From positions 21,615 to 85,614 of the IMG/VR virus record IMGVR_UViG_3300011116_000416: a stretch of 64,000 bases of DNA; one strand, given 5' to 3'. Source of the DNA: a virus. A program made the position numbers and the translations under genes. Below the pieces are notes generated by a model. It did no database searches. It saw nothing but the letters and a program-made list of their open reading frames with translations, and was not told the DNA's origin. This document shows, one piece after another, positions 26,481 to 37,800 of the stretch (the stretch's first letter is position 1; every line of letters starts with the position of its first letter).

Positions 26481-29400
26481 TTACACTACCTCACTTACAT
26501 ATACTAGCATACTTAATCCAGTTTCGTTTTTGCTATGTTCAATTCCATATACAAGAAATTTTGAATTTGGGGATACTTCAAATACATCAGAGCCTGGATT
26601 TGTATAGTTAATTTGAACGATATCTCCCAGTTGCAAAATTGGTAAACCAAAAACATCTATACCCAATACTTGTCTTGGTTTTCTTAATTTATTAATTGTC
26701 CAATCCATAAGTCTATATGCTGTATCGTAGTTTTGAATATATGGTGAATCGATTGTAAACGATTTTGTTCCATATGTTAATCTACTATTTTTAATATCAG
26801 TATATTGCTTTTTGTAAGAGTTTGGGTCTTCTCCAAAATTAAGACCATCATTATAAGATAGGTCGCTTCTCTTAAGGTAGTATTCATCTACCGTTAAATC
26901 GTGAGTTGATTCTTGTGTAAACGCTATTCCTAGAATTCTTAAATAATTTCCAGATGTTGCGTCTAATGAAAGTGCAGAATCAGTAGCGTTAAATACTAAA
27001 AATTCTGCACCATATGGATTATCATTATATCCAGAAACAACGTATCCTCTTTCACCAGTAAATGTTGGTGCAATTTTAGAAAATAGTGCTGGATAAGCTT
27101 TTTCAAATCTAACATTAAAATAAGCCATCTCTCTCATAATTGTTCCAAATTCTTCATAGTATATTGTTGGTGCTGGTTTTCCAGTTGTTCTAATTCCGCT
27201 CAAAGCTGTTGATTGCAAAATTCCACTAAGAGCATATCTATTTGTAGAAATAGTTGCTGAAGATTCTCTAAAAATTGAATTAACTAATTTTATATCCTCT
27301 GTATTGTTGGCGGTTGTGTCTACTGCAAATACGTTTTCAAACATTACTTTTGAGGAACCACGAATAAACAAGCCAACATTTTGAACAAGAGGCAATGGAG
27401 AAGTATCTTCTACTGTGTCGATAAGACTATTATTTAGGTATATATAAAATTTTCTGCGATTACCTACTGTGAGCTCTTGTTCTGCTTGAACCGATAGGTC
27501 GTATACCGTTGGGTTTTGTTCTGCAGATACCCTACCCTGACCCACAAACTGACCATCATCTGTAATGATTGACCTTAAAGAACTAGATAACAATATTGGT
27601 TTTAAGACACCGTTAGTTTTTTGTAACTTTGTGCTTGAAAGTGCAACATAATTGCCATTCTCTGTGGATGGTGATTGTCCAGTTAGTCTGACATAATCTC
27701 CAGCGGTAACTCCAGAAATTGCAGAAGATGCAGTAAAAATATCTCCGCTTAAACTTCCAGCAATATTATCTTTTGTTATTTCATAAGCCACTAGCTTATA
27801 AAATAAAACATTATAAATATCACTAGCAGATGTTATTCCTGTAAGAATTGGATTGCTGTCAGTTAATGCTATGATTTCATAGTAATATCCCTCTCCAGCT
27901 GCATTTGTGTAAAATGACATACCGCCAGACGAACCACCCAAAACCGTAGTTTTGTTTTTAGAATTTGTTAGAGAATATATGTCTATGCTTCCATTTGGAA
28001 ATTGTTTCGATGATGAAGATTCTTTATTTCCAATAATTCTCATTCTGGTTCCAAACGTATCGTATTTTGAGCCAGAAGATGTTAAATTTTTAGTGATTCT
28101 ATTAATTGATGCAGATGCAGAGCTATCTAAAACAAAGCCAGCTCCAGAGAATACCAAACTTGATGATTGCAACATATCTGTAGATGTGTCATATTTTTGT
28201 GTAGACATATTGTATTTTAGTGTAGATAAATAATTTTTAATTGCATAAGTTGCTGTGCCTAATTTTGTTAATGCAGACACATTTTCTGTTATGTTGGTAG
28301 ATTTTTCTTCATTAAACACGTTTGTATAGACACCAGTATTTTCGTTTTTCTTTACATTAAATAAAAACTGGTAGTCGTTCAGGGTTGATTTTATTGTAGA
28401 TGTTTGCCAATCTGTAATATTTGAACTTATTAAATGGTTGGTTATTGTTGTTCCAAATTGACCTCTACCGTGTTTTGCAACATCTCCTTCTTTTAACTTT
28501 CCATCTCTAGTCCATCTAGGTTCTGCATAAATTCTAACTTTTCCAGTCGGATACATTCTTCCACCTGCAGGTAAACTAGCAAAATATTTTTGATAATCTT
28601 CTGTACTTGTAATAAATACTTCATTGTTTAAATAAGCTGTTCCAGATGTGGTTATTGCTCCTGTTGTTGTAGTTTTAAACTTAAATTGTGTTAAATTTGG
28701 AACTGCTGTAATTGTTTGAACTCCACGATATCCAATAGGAACCACATCCATGATTACTATTTCATCCCCAACTTGCAAGTTATGATTTGCGGAAGCAGTA
28801 AAAGTAACTTCTCCAGCTACTGAAACTATGCTAGAGTTATTTGCTGGTGTAATTGATATTGGAGAATTTGGAGATGTTACGTTATATTGTATTGCATCAT
28901 ATTTTATAATTTCACCATTTGCATAGAAATATCCGTTATATCTACTCAGCCAGTAAACGCCATCCCCAAATTCAATGATATTGTTTACAATTTGTCCCTT
29001 ATTGTTTACCTGTGGTACTGAACTCCTTAATACTGCGTTTAACGGTACCGCACTTAAAACATAATTTGATTGAGTGGATAGCTCTTCATTAATGCTTTTG
29101 GTAGTTTGTTCTCCAGAAACTTCCCAAAGTAAAACTGGCTTATATCTCCAAATCCTATCTTTATCTAATTTACTTGCTTGTGTTAATGAACTTATAGATT
29201 TTTGAATATATCTATTTTTATAAATAACCTTACCATCATTAAAGATGTCTTTATTTTCACCTTTTAAATTTATTATATTTGCTTTAATTCCATTTGATAA
29301 ATCATCGCCATATAAAACTATGTTTGTGTCCCTAACATTGCTTGTTTCTGGAACCAAAAATTGTTTGCTCATACAAACAAAATTATTGTCCTCGTCAAAA

Positions 29401-31241
29401 AACATTGCTGTTTGCGTAGAAGTAGCTAGGTCATTTAAAACTTCCATTATTGTTTTGTCTGGTGGTACAAAAAAGTATGGAATAACTGGGTCATATTCCC
29501 CAAAAGCCCTTTTAAAAATATAATTTGTAAATCCAATATTATCTAGCAAAGTTGCTATAATTTTGCTTAGAGTTGCATTATTTAACATAATTCTAGGTGC
29601 TAAAATTGATTCGAAATAAAATGACAAATCTCTTAAATTAAAGGTTACTTCTCTATTTGCATTATCGTATTGAGGATATCCGTCTGTATACATTGTTTTA
29701 ACTGGTAGCATATAGTCTTTAAAACTTGACAAAACTGGAACAGATATCACAGACTCGTAAAACTTAAGTTGTAAATTTTTACTTGCAAAGGTAAATTGTA
29801 ATTCATCTCCTGCATACTTATTTAATATACTAAATTTATTATTTTGATTAAATGCCTGGCTAAAATCAAATAGACTCATTTGTCCAGTTGAAGCTAAAAG
29901 CTGCCCTACTGGAAGGCTTGTCAAGCCGATGTCTGAAGCCATTTTCTTTATTGAATACGACACTACAATATCTGAAATGTCTGCTGTTAATCTTGGAGAA
30001 AGCTCAATCAGGTCAAAGGTTGTATTGACGTTCTTCATTTTTGTTACAGAAAGTCTTAATCCATCGACATAATCGAACTGTCTATATACCCTTGTAGAGT
30101 TAGACATGTAATAATCTACTTTATCTGTTCTATCTTCGGTATCTGTTTTTGGAACTATAAAATCTGTTACATATTGCTGTGTGTTTGTAACAGTTTGTGT
30201 ATTCTTATACCATCCATAGTTAGGAACAACCTGCTCCCAAGAATCTCCATCCCAAATATGTAAAGTTCCAATGCTTTGGTTTGTTGCCTTTAATAAATAT
30301 GCAAAGCCCTTTTCTTTGTCGGATAGATTTGGCAACACAAAATTAGAAGAAACATTATCAATTAATTTAAAATTATTAGTGTATGCAACTGGAATATTTG
30401 TAATTCCATAAGATAATTCTAGATATCCATCTGTTGGAAAATCATCGCCTCCGTTATAAACTGTTGTCCAGGTTGTACCAACCAACTTTTCTAGCTTCCA
30501 TTCAACTGGGGTTGATTTATAATTTGTTGCAGAGCCAGACCAAAATGGGTCATTCGTTCCATCTGGCTTAAGGTCTAGTTTAATATCTCCGACATTTGTT
30601 TGAACCTTAATTACGACTCTATTTGCTGGAATTGAATTTTTATATTTAACAAATGGTGCAACATCTTCAATAAGAAATTCACCAGACTTATTGTAAGAAA
30701 GACCAACAATTTCGGTATCACTTGGTTTAGATAATGATGTTATTCTTCTATAGGAAGACCAGTATTTAAATATATCATCTTTTCCAGCAACATAATATCT
30801 TGGTCTAGAATAAGTTGTTTCATTTGTTGGTGGTATTTTGTTATTAGCATCAAATCTTAACTTATTAATTCCAGAACGTGGTCTAAATCTAGTAAAACAT
30901 GACTCTAGTGACATGAGTAATTTTTGCTGGTCATTTTGCTTTAAGAAAATGGCTGGGGTACTACCATCTTCTTCATAGCCACCATCTATCACTGTATCAT
31001 AGTCTGTTCCACCATAATATCTTGGACTTGTTGTGTTTTCATCCTCTAAAACAAAAGTTGTTGGTAATGTGGCATATGTTGAAACATATCTAGAACTAGC
31101 TGTATCATGTCTATAAAAATAATTACCAATAACATCCAGATTTTCAAATATGTTTAGATTCCATTCGGCAATTATTTTACTTTTTAATTCTACAACACTA
31201 GATGTTTGCAGATGATTTGTTAAATCACTATCTGTATACAT
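26481..31241 (-). CDS. large tail-tip / hub protein
   Basis: About 1586 aa, second gene after TMP; C-terminal LQLGDIV.I.Y motif; start by TAATG overlap. Confidence 0.7.
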   Translation of the reverse strand: MYTDSDLTNHLQTSSVVELKSKIIAEWNLNIFENLDVIGNYFYRHDTASSRYVSTYATLPTTFVLEDENTTSPRYYGGTDYDTVIDGGYEEDGSTPAIFLKQNDQQKLLMSLESCFTRFRPRSGINKLRFDANNKIPPTNETTYSRPRYYVAGKDDIFKYWSSYRRITSLSKPSDTEIVGLSYNKSGEFLIEDVAPFVKYKNSIPANRVVIKVQTNVGDIKLDLKPDGTNDPFWSGSATNYKSTPVEWKLEKLVGTTWTTVYNGGDDFPTDGYLELSYGITNIPVAYTNNFKLIDNVSSNFVLPNLSDKEKGFAYLLKATNQSIGTLHIWDGDSWEQVVPNYGWYKNTQTVTNTQQYVTDFIVPKTDTEDRTDKVDYYMSNSTRVYRQFDYVDGLRLSVTKMKNVNTTFDLIELSPRLTADISDIVVSYSIKKMASDIGLTSLPVGQLLASTGQMSLFDFSQAFNQNNKFSILNKYAGDELQFTFASKNLQLKFYESVISVPVLSSFKDYMLPVKTMYTDGYPQYDNANREVTFNLRDLSFYFESILAPRIMLNNATLSKIIATLLDNIGFTNYIFKRAFGEYDPVIPYFFVPPDKTIMEVLNDLATSTQTAMFFDEDNNFVCMSKQFLVPETSNVRDTNIVLYGDDLSNGIKANIINLKGENKDIFNDGKVIYKNRYIQKSISSLTQASKLDKDRIWRYKPVLLWEVSGEQTTKSINEELSTQSNYVLSAVPLNAVLRSSVPQVNNKGQIVNNIIEFGDGVYWLSRYNGYFYANGEIIKYDAIQYNVTSPNSPISITPANNSSIVSVAGEVTFTASANHNLQVGDEIVIMDVVPIGYRGVQTITAVPNLTQFKFKTTTTGAITTSGTAYLNNEVFITSTEDYQKYFASLPAGGRMYPTGKVRIYAEPRWTRDGKLKEGDVAKHGRGQFGTTITNHLISSNITDWQTSTIKSTLNDYQFLFNVKKNENTGVYTNVFNEEKSTNITENVSALTKLGTATYAIKNYLSTLKYNMSTQKYDTSTDMLQSSSLVFSGAGFVLDSSASASINRITKNLTSSGSKYDTFGTRMRIIGNKESSSSKQFPNGSIDIYSLTNSKNKTTVLGGSSGGMSFYTNAAGEGYYYEIIALTDSNPILTGITSASDIYNVLFYKLVAYEITKDNIAGSLSGDIFTASSAISGVTAGDYVRLTGQSPSTENGNYVALSSTKLQKTNGVLKPILLSSSLRSIITDDGQFVGQGRVSAEQNPTVYDLSVQAEQELTVGNRRKFYIYLNNSLIDTVEDTSPLPLVQNVGLFIRGSSKVMFENVFAVDTTANNTEDIKLVNSIFRESSATISTNRYALSGILQSTALSGIRTTGKPAPTIYYEEFGTIMREMAYFNVRFEKAYPALFSKIAPTFTGERGYVVSGYNDNPYGAEFLVFNATDSALSLDATSGNYLRILGIAFTQESTHDLTVDEYYLKRSDLSYNDGLNFGEDPNSYKKQYTDIKNSRLTYGTKSFTIDSPYIQNYDTAYRLMDWTINKLRKPRQVLGIDVFGLPILQLGDIVQINYTNPGSDVFEVSPNSKFLVYGIEHSKNETGLSMLVYVSEVV

Positions 31242-31876
31242 TATGCCTCCTCTAGTGTCATTTGTATATTCCACATATCGTAATTTGTTCTACCACGTTT
31301 TTCTACGGACCATGTGAAATTTGTTATATACATTTCCAATCTTTCATTATATTGTGTTAGTTTTGTAAAAGATGATGCATCTTTATCTCCACTAACACCA
31401 GCAACAGGAAATTCTGCATAATTGTCATATGCTAAAAAGACCCAAAAGGTTCCATAATGATTGTTGTACCAATCTAAAAGTTCTACTCCACCTGCTCCAC
31501 CATCAACTGTATATTCATCTACCGTGCTAGTTGGTGCACCTGTTGTTGTATTAAAATTAGGGTCTGAGCTATATGCTCTAGATGGTAGCATTTGCCAGCT
31601 AACAGAGAGCTGTCTTTTATCGGCTACCCAATAAGAACGCATACGACCGTTAACCATACGCTGACGATTTTCAATTCTTTGAACGTTAAAATCTAAAGCA
31701 CTTCTGTTATGGTCAGAAAGTATTAAAAAATCTCCATTATTATTTGAGGCGTTTCCTATTTCAAGACCATCTGGAACATAAATACCATTATCAATAGAGC
31801 CAGAACTTTCTGAAAACAGAATAGCTTGAGGTCTTGGGTAGGACTTTCTACCATTGATATATCCTGAAGTAGCCAT
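31241..31876 (-). CDS. distal-tail-like protein
   Basis: Directly after TMP; R..NGRMR....DK...SW..LP motif; ends TLEEA. Confidence 0.65.
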   Translation of the reverse strand: MATSGYINGRKSYPRPQAILFSESSGSIDNGIYVPDGLEIGNASNNNGDFLILSDHNRSALDFNVQRIENRQRMVNGRMRSYWVADKRQLSVSWQMLPSRAYSSDPNFNTTTGAPTSTVDEYTVDGGAGGVELLDWYNNHYGTFWVFLAYDNYAEFPVAGVSGDKDASSFTKLTQYNERLEMYITNFTWSVEKRGRTNYDMWNIQMTLEEA

Positions 31877-34800
31877 TAGATAGTGTTGCCCCTAACTCTC
31901 ATATTGTCAATACGTCTAATTTGTGTCAGAACTGCCTGAGCAATTGTGTCAGGGTTAGAATCAGAACGAACATTGACGTTTATACTATAATTATACACTG
32001 AATCGCCTATGCTTGCTCCATTATTAATACTTCCTAATTTAGCGGCACCTATTCTGTCTACCGCTGACTTCTTAATTACAAATTCTCCTGGGGTAAGCAT
32101 AGCAGGAACAATATCGGTTCCACGAGCAGCCCCACCAAATGCAAAGTATGAGACTAAACCACCTTTAGCAAATGGTTTTCTGGCATATCCAGCAAAACTT
32201 CCAGACCCAAGAGTCTTAGTTAAATCCGCATATTCTAATGCATTTAGCATTTCTTGTAAATCTTGTTTTGTATATTTCTTTCCACCAACAGTTACAGTTG
32301 CACCAGCAAGCTCTGCTTCTCTAGCTGCATTAATTCCAGCCCTTTGGTCTTCAAGTGCGGACTGGGCATTCTGTGCCCTAATTCCAGTAACAATTCCAGC
32401 AGCAGCAGAAATATCTCCACGAGACAAAGCATCCGCAAGGTCAAGCTGTCCTCTTTGCTGTTGAGCAATCTTGTCGTTAGCTTTCTGAATCTCGTCTAAT
32501 TTCTTTAGCCTTGCATCATATTTCTTATTAATGGCATCTTCTTGTTTACCTAACAATGTCATGGCTGCATTTAATCTAGACTGTTTTTTGATTGCAATAT
32601 CTTGAGCAATTTCTGCTGGAGTTTTTTGCTGTTCTAAAGAATCTGTAATTGCATCCATAATTTCGGAAATTGCATTTGTAAGACTATTTCTTGTCCATTG
32701 TTTTGCTGCTTCTTGTACTCTAGGACTTGCACCAGCCAATTTACCCTTGCCACTAAGAATATCGGCTTGGCTCTTAGTTACTTCAATTCCAAGCGAAGAT
32801 GCCTTGATAATCAAAAGTTTATCGTTTATGTCTTTTAGCCCCTGAACAGTTGTTTTAATACTACTTGGAAGATTGTTTACCGCAATGTTTAATAGCTTTA
32901 TTGCAACGCTTTTATCTTTTATGTTATTTAATTTTTCTCCCAGGTTATCAAACTGTGCATTAAAGGCTTTGATGTCTAAAGTGCCTTCTTTAAATTGACT
33001 AGAAAAACCTTTAAGCATAGTCGATAGATTAGCACCAGTTGTATATAATGCCTTGTCAGTTTTTAACTGCTCTGGTGTTCTTTGATTGTTTCCAAAATTA
33101 TACCGACCAAAGTCCTGAGCCTTTGTTCCATAATATCCAGTTTGACCAGATACTGGTTTCGGCATATTTGCTGCCACAATTTTTTCTGCAGTAGATATTT
33201 GATAACCTATATTTTCCTGAACTGCCTTATTGGTTATCTTATTTACATCAAATGCTATATTTGACTTTCCAGAAGATTGCCTTAAAGCATTCATAACTGT
33301 TTGAATCATGTCATCTTTAAATCCCTTGCCTCTTAAGCCTACGGTTAATGATGTCATTAAATTTCTTGTTTCTTCTGCTGTTGCTTTTTTAAGTGCGTCT
33401 ATTGTTGAGCCAAATTCTTTTTTAAATTCTGGTAACCCCAACAGAGCCGCTGTAGATTGCATTTGTCCTACATCTTTAGTTAATCCTGCAGATATTTTAG
33501 CTGTTTCAAGCGGTGATTTTTCATTTGGAGCTATGCCAAAAAAGTCACCCAAAGTTTTTATTTTTTTACTTGTTAGAGTTGCAGCATTTCCTAAGTCATG
33601 TATTGCCTTATACTCCTTTTTCTTTCTCTCCTGCTCTTGATTATATAAAAGTGTTAATCCACCTACCGCTAAAGCTAATCCACCAAAAACTGGTAATAAT
33701 GGAGTTATTGCTGGCAATAAAGCACCAAATCCACTGATTAAGTTTGGGAACATTGATGTAAGTGTTGACATTAACATTACTGGTCCAGCAGCTTGTCCAG
33801 CAATTTGTCCAACTGGACCAGGCATCATAGAAGCCATACCAACAGTAGAGCTAAGACCAAATCCAACACCCATAACTCTATTTCTATCTATTTTCTGCAA
33901 TCCTGCGGACGCTCTTCCTACTCCACTATTTAATGCATAATTAAATCTGGATTTAAATCTTTCTAGTCTTGTTCCCTGTCTAGGACCTTGTAGAATACCG
34001 CCTTGTCCATCAAAATCGGTAGCAAACATTCCAGGAATATATTTTGTTCCAGACGAAGCAGCAATACCATTACGCATACCCTGTGTAGCTGCTGCACCTA
34101 GCTGTTCACCAGTAATAACAGCTTCTTTAATTTTTTTCTTTGCACCAGCGTTAAGACTTTGTCCATAGTTCTGTCCAATTGCATCAGCTTCCCTTGATGG
34201 AGAAGCCATTCTAGTGCTCTTCTTAAATCCTTTTTGAACTCCTTCTTTAGCACTAGCTTGAACCTGCTGAATTATATTTGTGGCAGCAGCTTCTACTATT
34301 GCTTCAACTTCATATGCAAACTTTCCTCTGGAAGCTCCACTACCAGCACCCATCCAAGGTCCCATGAGTTGTACAAGCCTTGCCTGTCTTCTTACATCTC
34401 CTGTTCTTCTTGCAAATCTTTCTGGAGTATATATTTCTGATGTACCAGTTGCCATGGCTCTAGTTGCAAATTTAATTCTGTCTTCTGCTGAAGTTGTTCC
34501 AGAAAAACTTGTAACATTTTTGCCATATGGATTTATAACAGATGGGGTAAGATATGCCAATGCAGATTTTCTTGACAATTCTGAACCAGTAAGACCTTGA
34601 GTCCTAAGTGCTGCAATCTTTTTATCTTGTTCTGTCAGAAGTCTTTCTGCCTCTATTCTTGCTTTTTCTACAGACAAACCTTGTTTTGAAATTAATGATG
34701 CTTCTAATGCTTCTTTTGCTGTTTTTCTTGCAAAAGCAACTCTTTCATTATCTGCATTTGCCACGTCAGCCAGGGCTTTTGAAGCAACTGTCCCCCTATT

Positions 34801-37800
34801 CGACAATTCTTTTAATGCAGAAACTTCTTCTTCTCTAGCCTTAATTTCTCCATTTTTAATTTTTAGCAATCTTTCATCGGCTAACTTCCCTTGCTCAGAT
34901 GATGCTTCTAATGTTGATGCCCTACCCTTGATTCCCAAAGGATTATATGCCATATTAATATTTGCTGCTTCTGGAATAGTTGTACCACCATAAAGTCTTC
35001 CAGTTCCAAATAATGTGCCATATCCTTGTTTAATTGTCTCTAATAAGGTCATATGTCTTTGACGTGCTTCGGTAATTCCCTTTGCACCCTGTTTTATTTC
35101 ATAAACCATTACTTTAGCTTCTGCGATTTCAGGCGATAGGTCTATCATTTCTGATAAAGTTGATGATAAACTTTCTGCTTGTAAAATATCTAAATGTGAA
35201 GCTTGTGCACGAGTTGGGTCATTCGGTCCTTTAATTTTAAGACCTGCAGTTCCTTTTGCAAATTTAGGTAGACTATCTGCAATCATTCCCTTGACAATAC
35301 CAGAATATTTCTGTGCCTGTTTAGCAGGAATAATAGCTTCGCCATTTGATACCATAGCTAAGATAGAGTCTGAAGTGCCTGAGCCTGGACCAGAAATTAT
35401 TCCACCATTAGCAAGATAGTTGTGTTTTGACGTAAACATCTTTCCTAATTCTCTAGAAGATGTTCCAAGGTCAAAAACCGATATGTTTTCTAAACCATTT
35501 TCTTTTAGAAGCTTTTGAACCTCTACTATTTTTGCAGCTGTTCTTTCTGGGAAGTCATTAGAAATACCAATTCTTTCAACATCCTGTATACTAAATCCGC
35601 CTGGCAAATGTGCTTCAATATATGGAATTGCACCCATCTTGCTATCTTTGTATATTGACTTACTGGCTTTCAATGTTTTTGCAAGAGAAGACTTGTTTGT
35701 TTGGAATAATTTCCTAACTAATGGAACTTTCTTGCCAAGTTTTAATGCCTGTTCCCAAATTGTTAGTGTATCTCCAAATGATATAGATGCTCTTGCTAGT
35801 GCTTCTGGTTTTAAGAATAACGTGTTTTCTCCATATTTTCTTAATGCCACGCTTTGAGGATTAATTAGTCTAAGGAACTCTTCCTCAATTCTTTGCTCTG
35901 GAGTAAGTGGGTCGTGGGTGCCAAAGGAGTCTTTTTTCAGTTGTGTTGGCGTTCCACCCTGATACAGGGTTCCATAATAAGTTGGTACCATTTCTTTACT
36001 TGTCAAGAATCCATAAACTGGTCGCTGACCAGCACCAGAACCAACTGGAACACCCATTGTTGCTTTTTCAATAAGGGCTCGCTGTGACTGAGTGTCCTGT
36101 GCTGAACTTCTTACACCATGGAACAAACTCTTATATTGACCTTCTTGAATAAACTGACCTAAAGCATCACCACGCATCTTAAAAGCAAGCGTTGGTGTTC
36201 TACTTGCAGCAGCCTTGCCACCAAAAAGTTGGAAAAGACTTCTTGCATTTGCCATTGCGGTATTAATAACTCCACCAGCAGCAAATCTAGGAAGATTATC
36301 CATAATCATGTTCTGAATTAAACCAGAATATTTTGCTGTCTGTTTTGCTGGAATAACTGCTTCACCATTAGAAAGCATTGCTGGAATTGAATCTGATGTT
36401 CCTGTGCCAGGACCTCTAACAATACCACCCTTAGCAAATGCCTTTCTCTTGGTACCATCTCCAGATACGATTGGTCCCATAAATGCTCGTTGTGCTGCAA
36501 TAGAACGACCGTAGGCTGCTGTTAGTTGGTCAACTGCTTTTGCTTCTACTGTAAATCTTTGCTGCAGTTTAGAGTGTACCTGTTCAAGAGATGCTCCTAC
36601 TGCTGCCGCCTCAATTTGCTTAGTTGTCATATACTTTGTTTGAGAACCAAGGTCAAGAGATGACTTTCCTGTTCTGTTAAAGAAGTCTTTTAGATTAGCA
36701 AATAGCTTAATTAAGTTTGCCACACCGTTAGCAATTAGACCAAATGTCATTAGCAAGACTGGACCTAATCCACCAACACCAGCAACTAGAATCATTGCAA
36801 AGTTTTTAACGGAATCTGGAAGATTATTGAAAGCATTAAGTATCTTGGTAATTCCATCAATAATTGGTGTAACTACCTTCATAAACTGCTCACCAATTGG
36901 AGCCATAGCAGCCTGTAGCTTGGCAACACTTTCCTGGAACTTATACATGGTGGACTCTTGCATCTTTTCCATTTCTTTTTGAGAGATGTATGCAAGTTGC
37001 TGTGGTGTTCTTGCTGCAAGCTCCATTACCCTATTTGCTTGGCTATTTTCATCTGCCACGTTCTTGAACAATGTGGATAGACGAGAGAACTGGAACTTAC
37101 CAAACATCTGCTCAATAGCACGAGCACGGTTTAGAGGGTCTAGAGTGTCAAGTGCAGATGCAAAGTTAAGAACTGTTTGCTTTAGATTTCCTTGGTCCTT
37201 TTCTACGATAGCATTGATGTCAATACCCATCTGCTTCATCATTGCACTCGTTTTAGCTGTTGGGTTAATCAAGGATGCCAGACCAGACTTTAAGGCGTTA
37301 GCACCCTCTGAAGCGTTAACACCACCTTCTTTCATAGCAGTTAGGAAGAACGTTAAGTCTTCTACATCTCCACCAAGCTGTCTAACTACTGGAGCAGCCT
37401 TTGGAATTGCAATTGTTAGGTCTTCAATCGATGTAATGGTTTGGTTTTCTACTGCGTTTAGGAAGTCTATTTTCTTTGTTAGGTCTTCCGCAGAAATACC
37501 AAATGCGTCAACCAAAGAGATTGTTGTTTGAAGTGCTTGCTGTTGGTCAATAGCACCTAGAGTTGCAAGCTTATTTGCCTGTGTTACCTGTGCTAATAGT
37601 TTTGCACCTGTAGCACCAGTGGCAGCAGCGGTAGCAGCCATATCCATGGTATCTTGAACAGTAAGTCCAAACTTGGTAAATTCCATAGCAATCTTTTTGA
37701 TATCATTGAATACCTTGTTTGTTTCTTCTGTTGTTGTAAACATGTCTCCATAGACACGCTTAAACTTGATTGCTGCTTTTTCCATTTCCATGAATGATTT

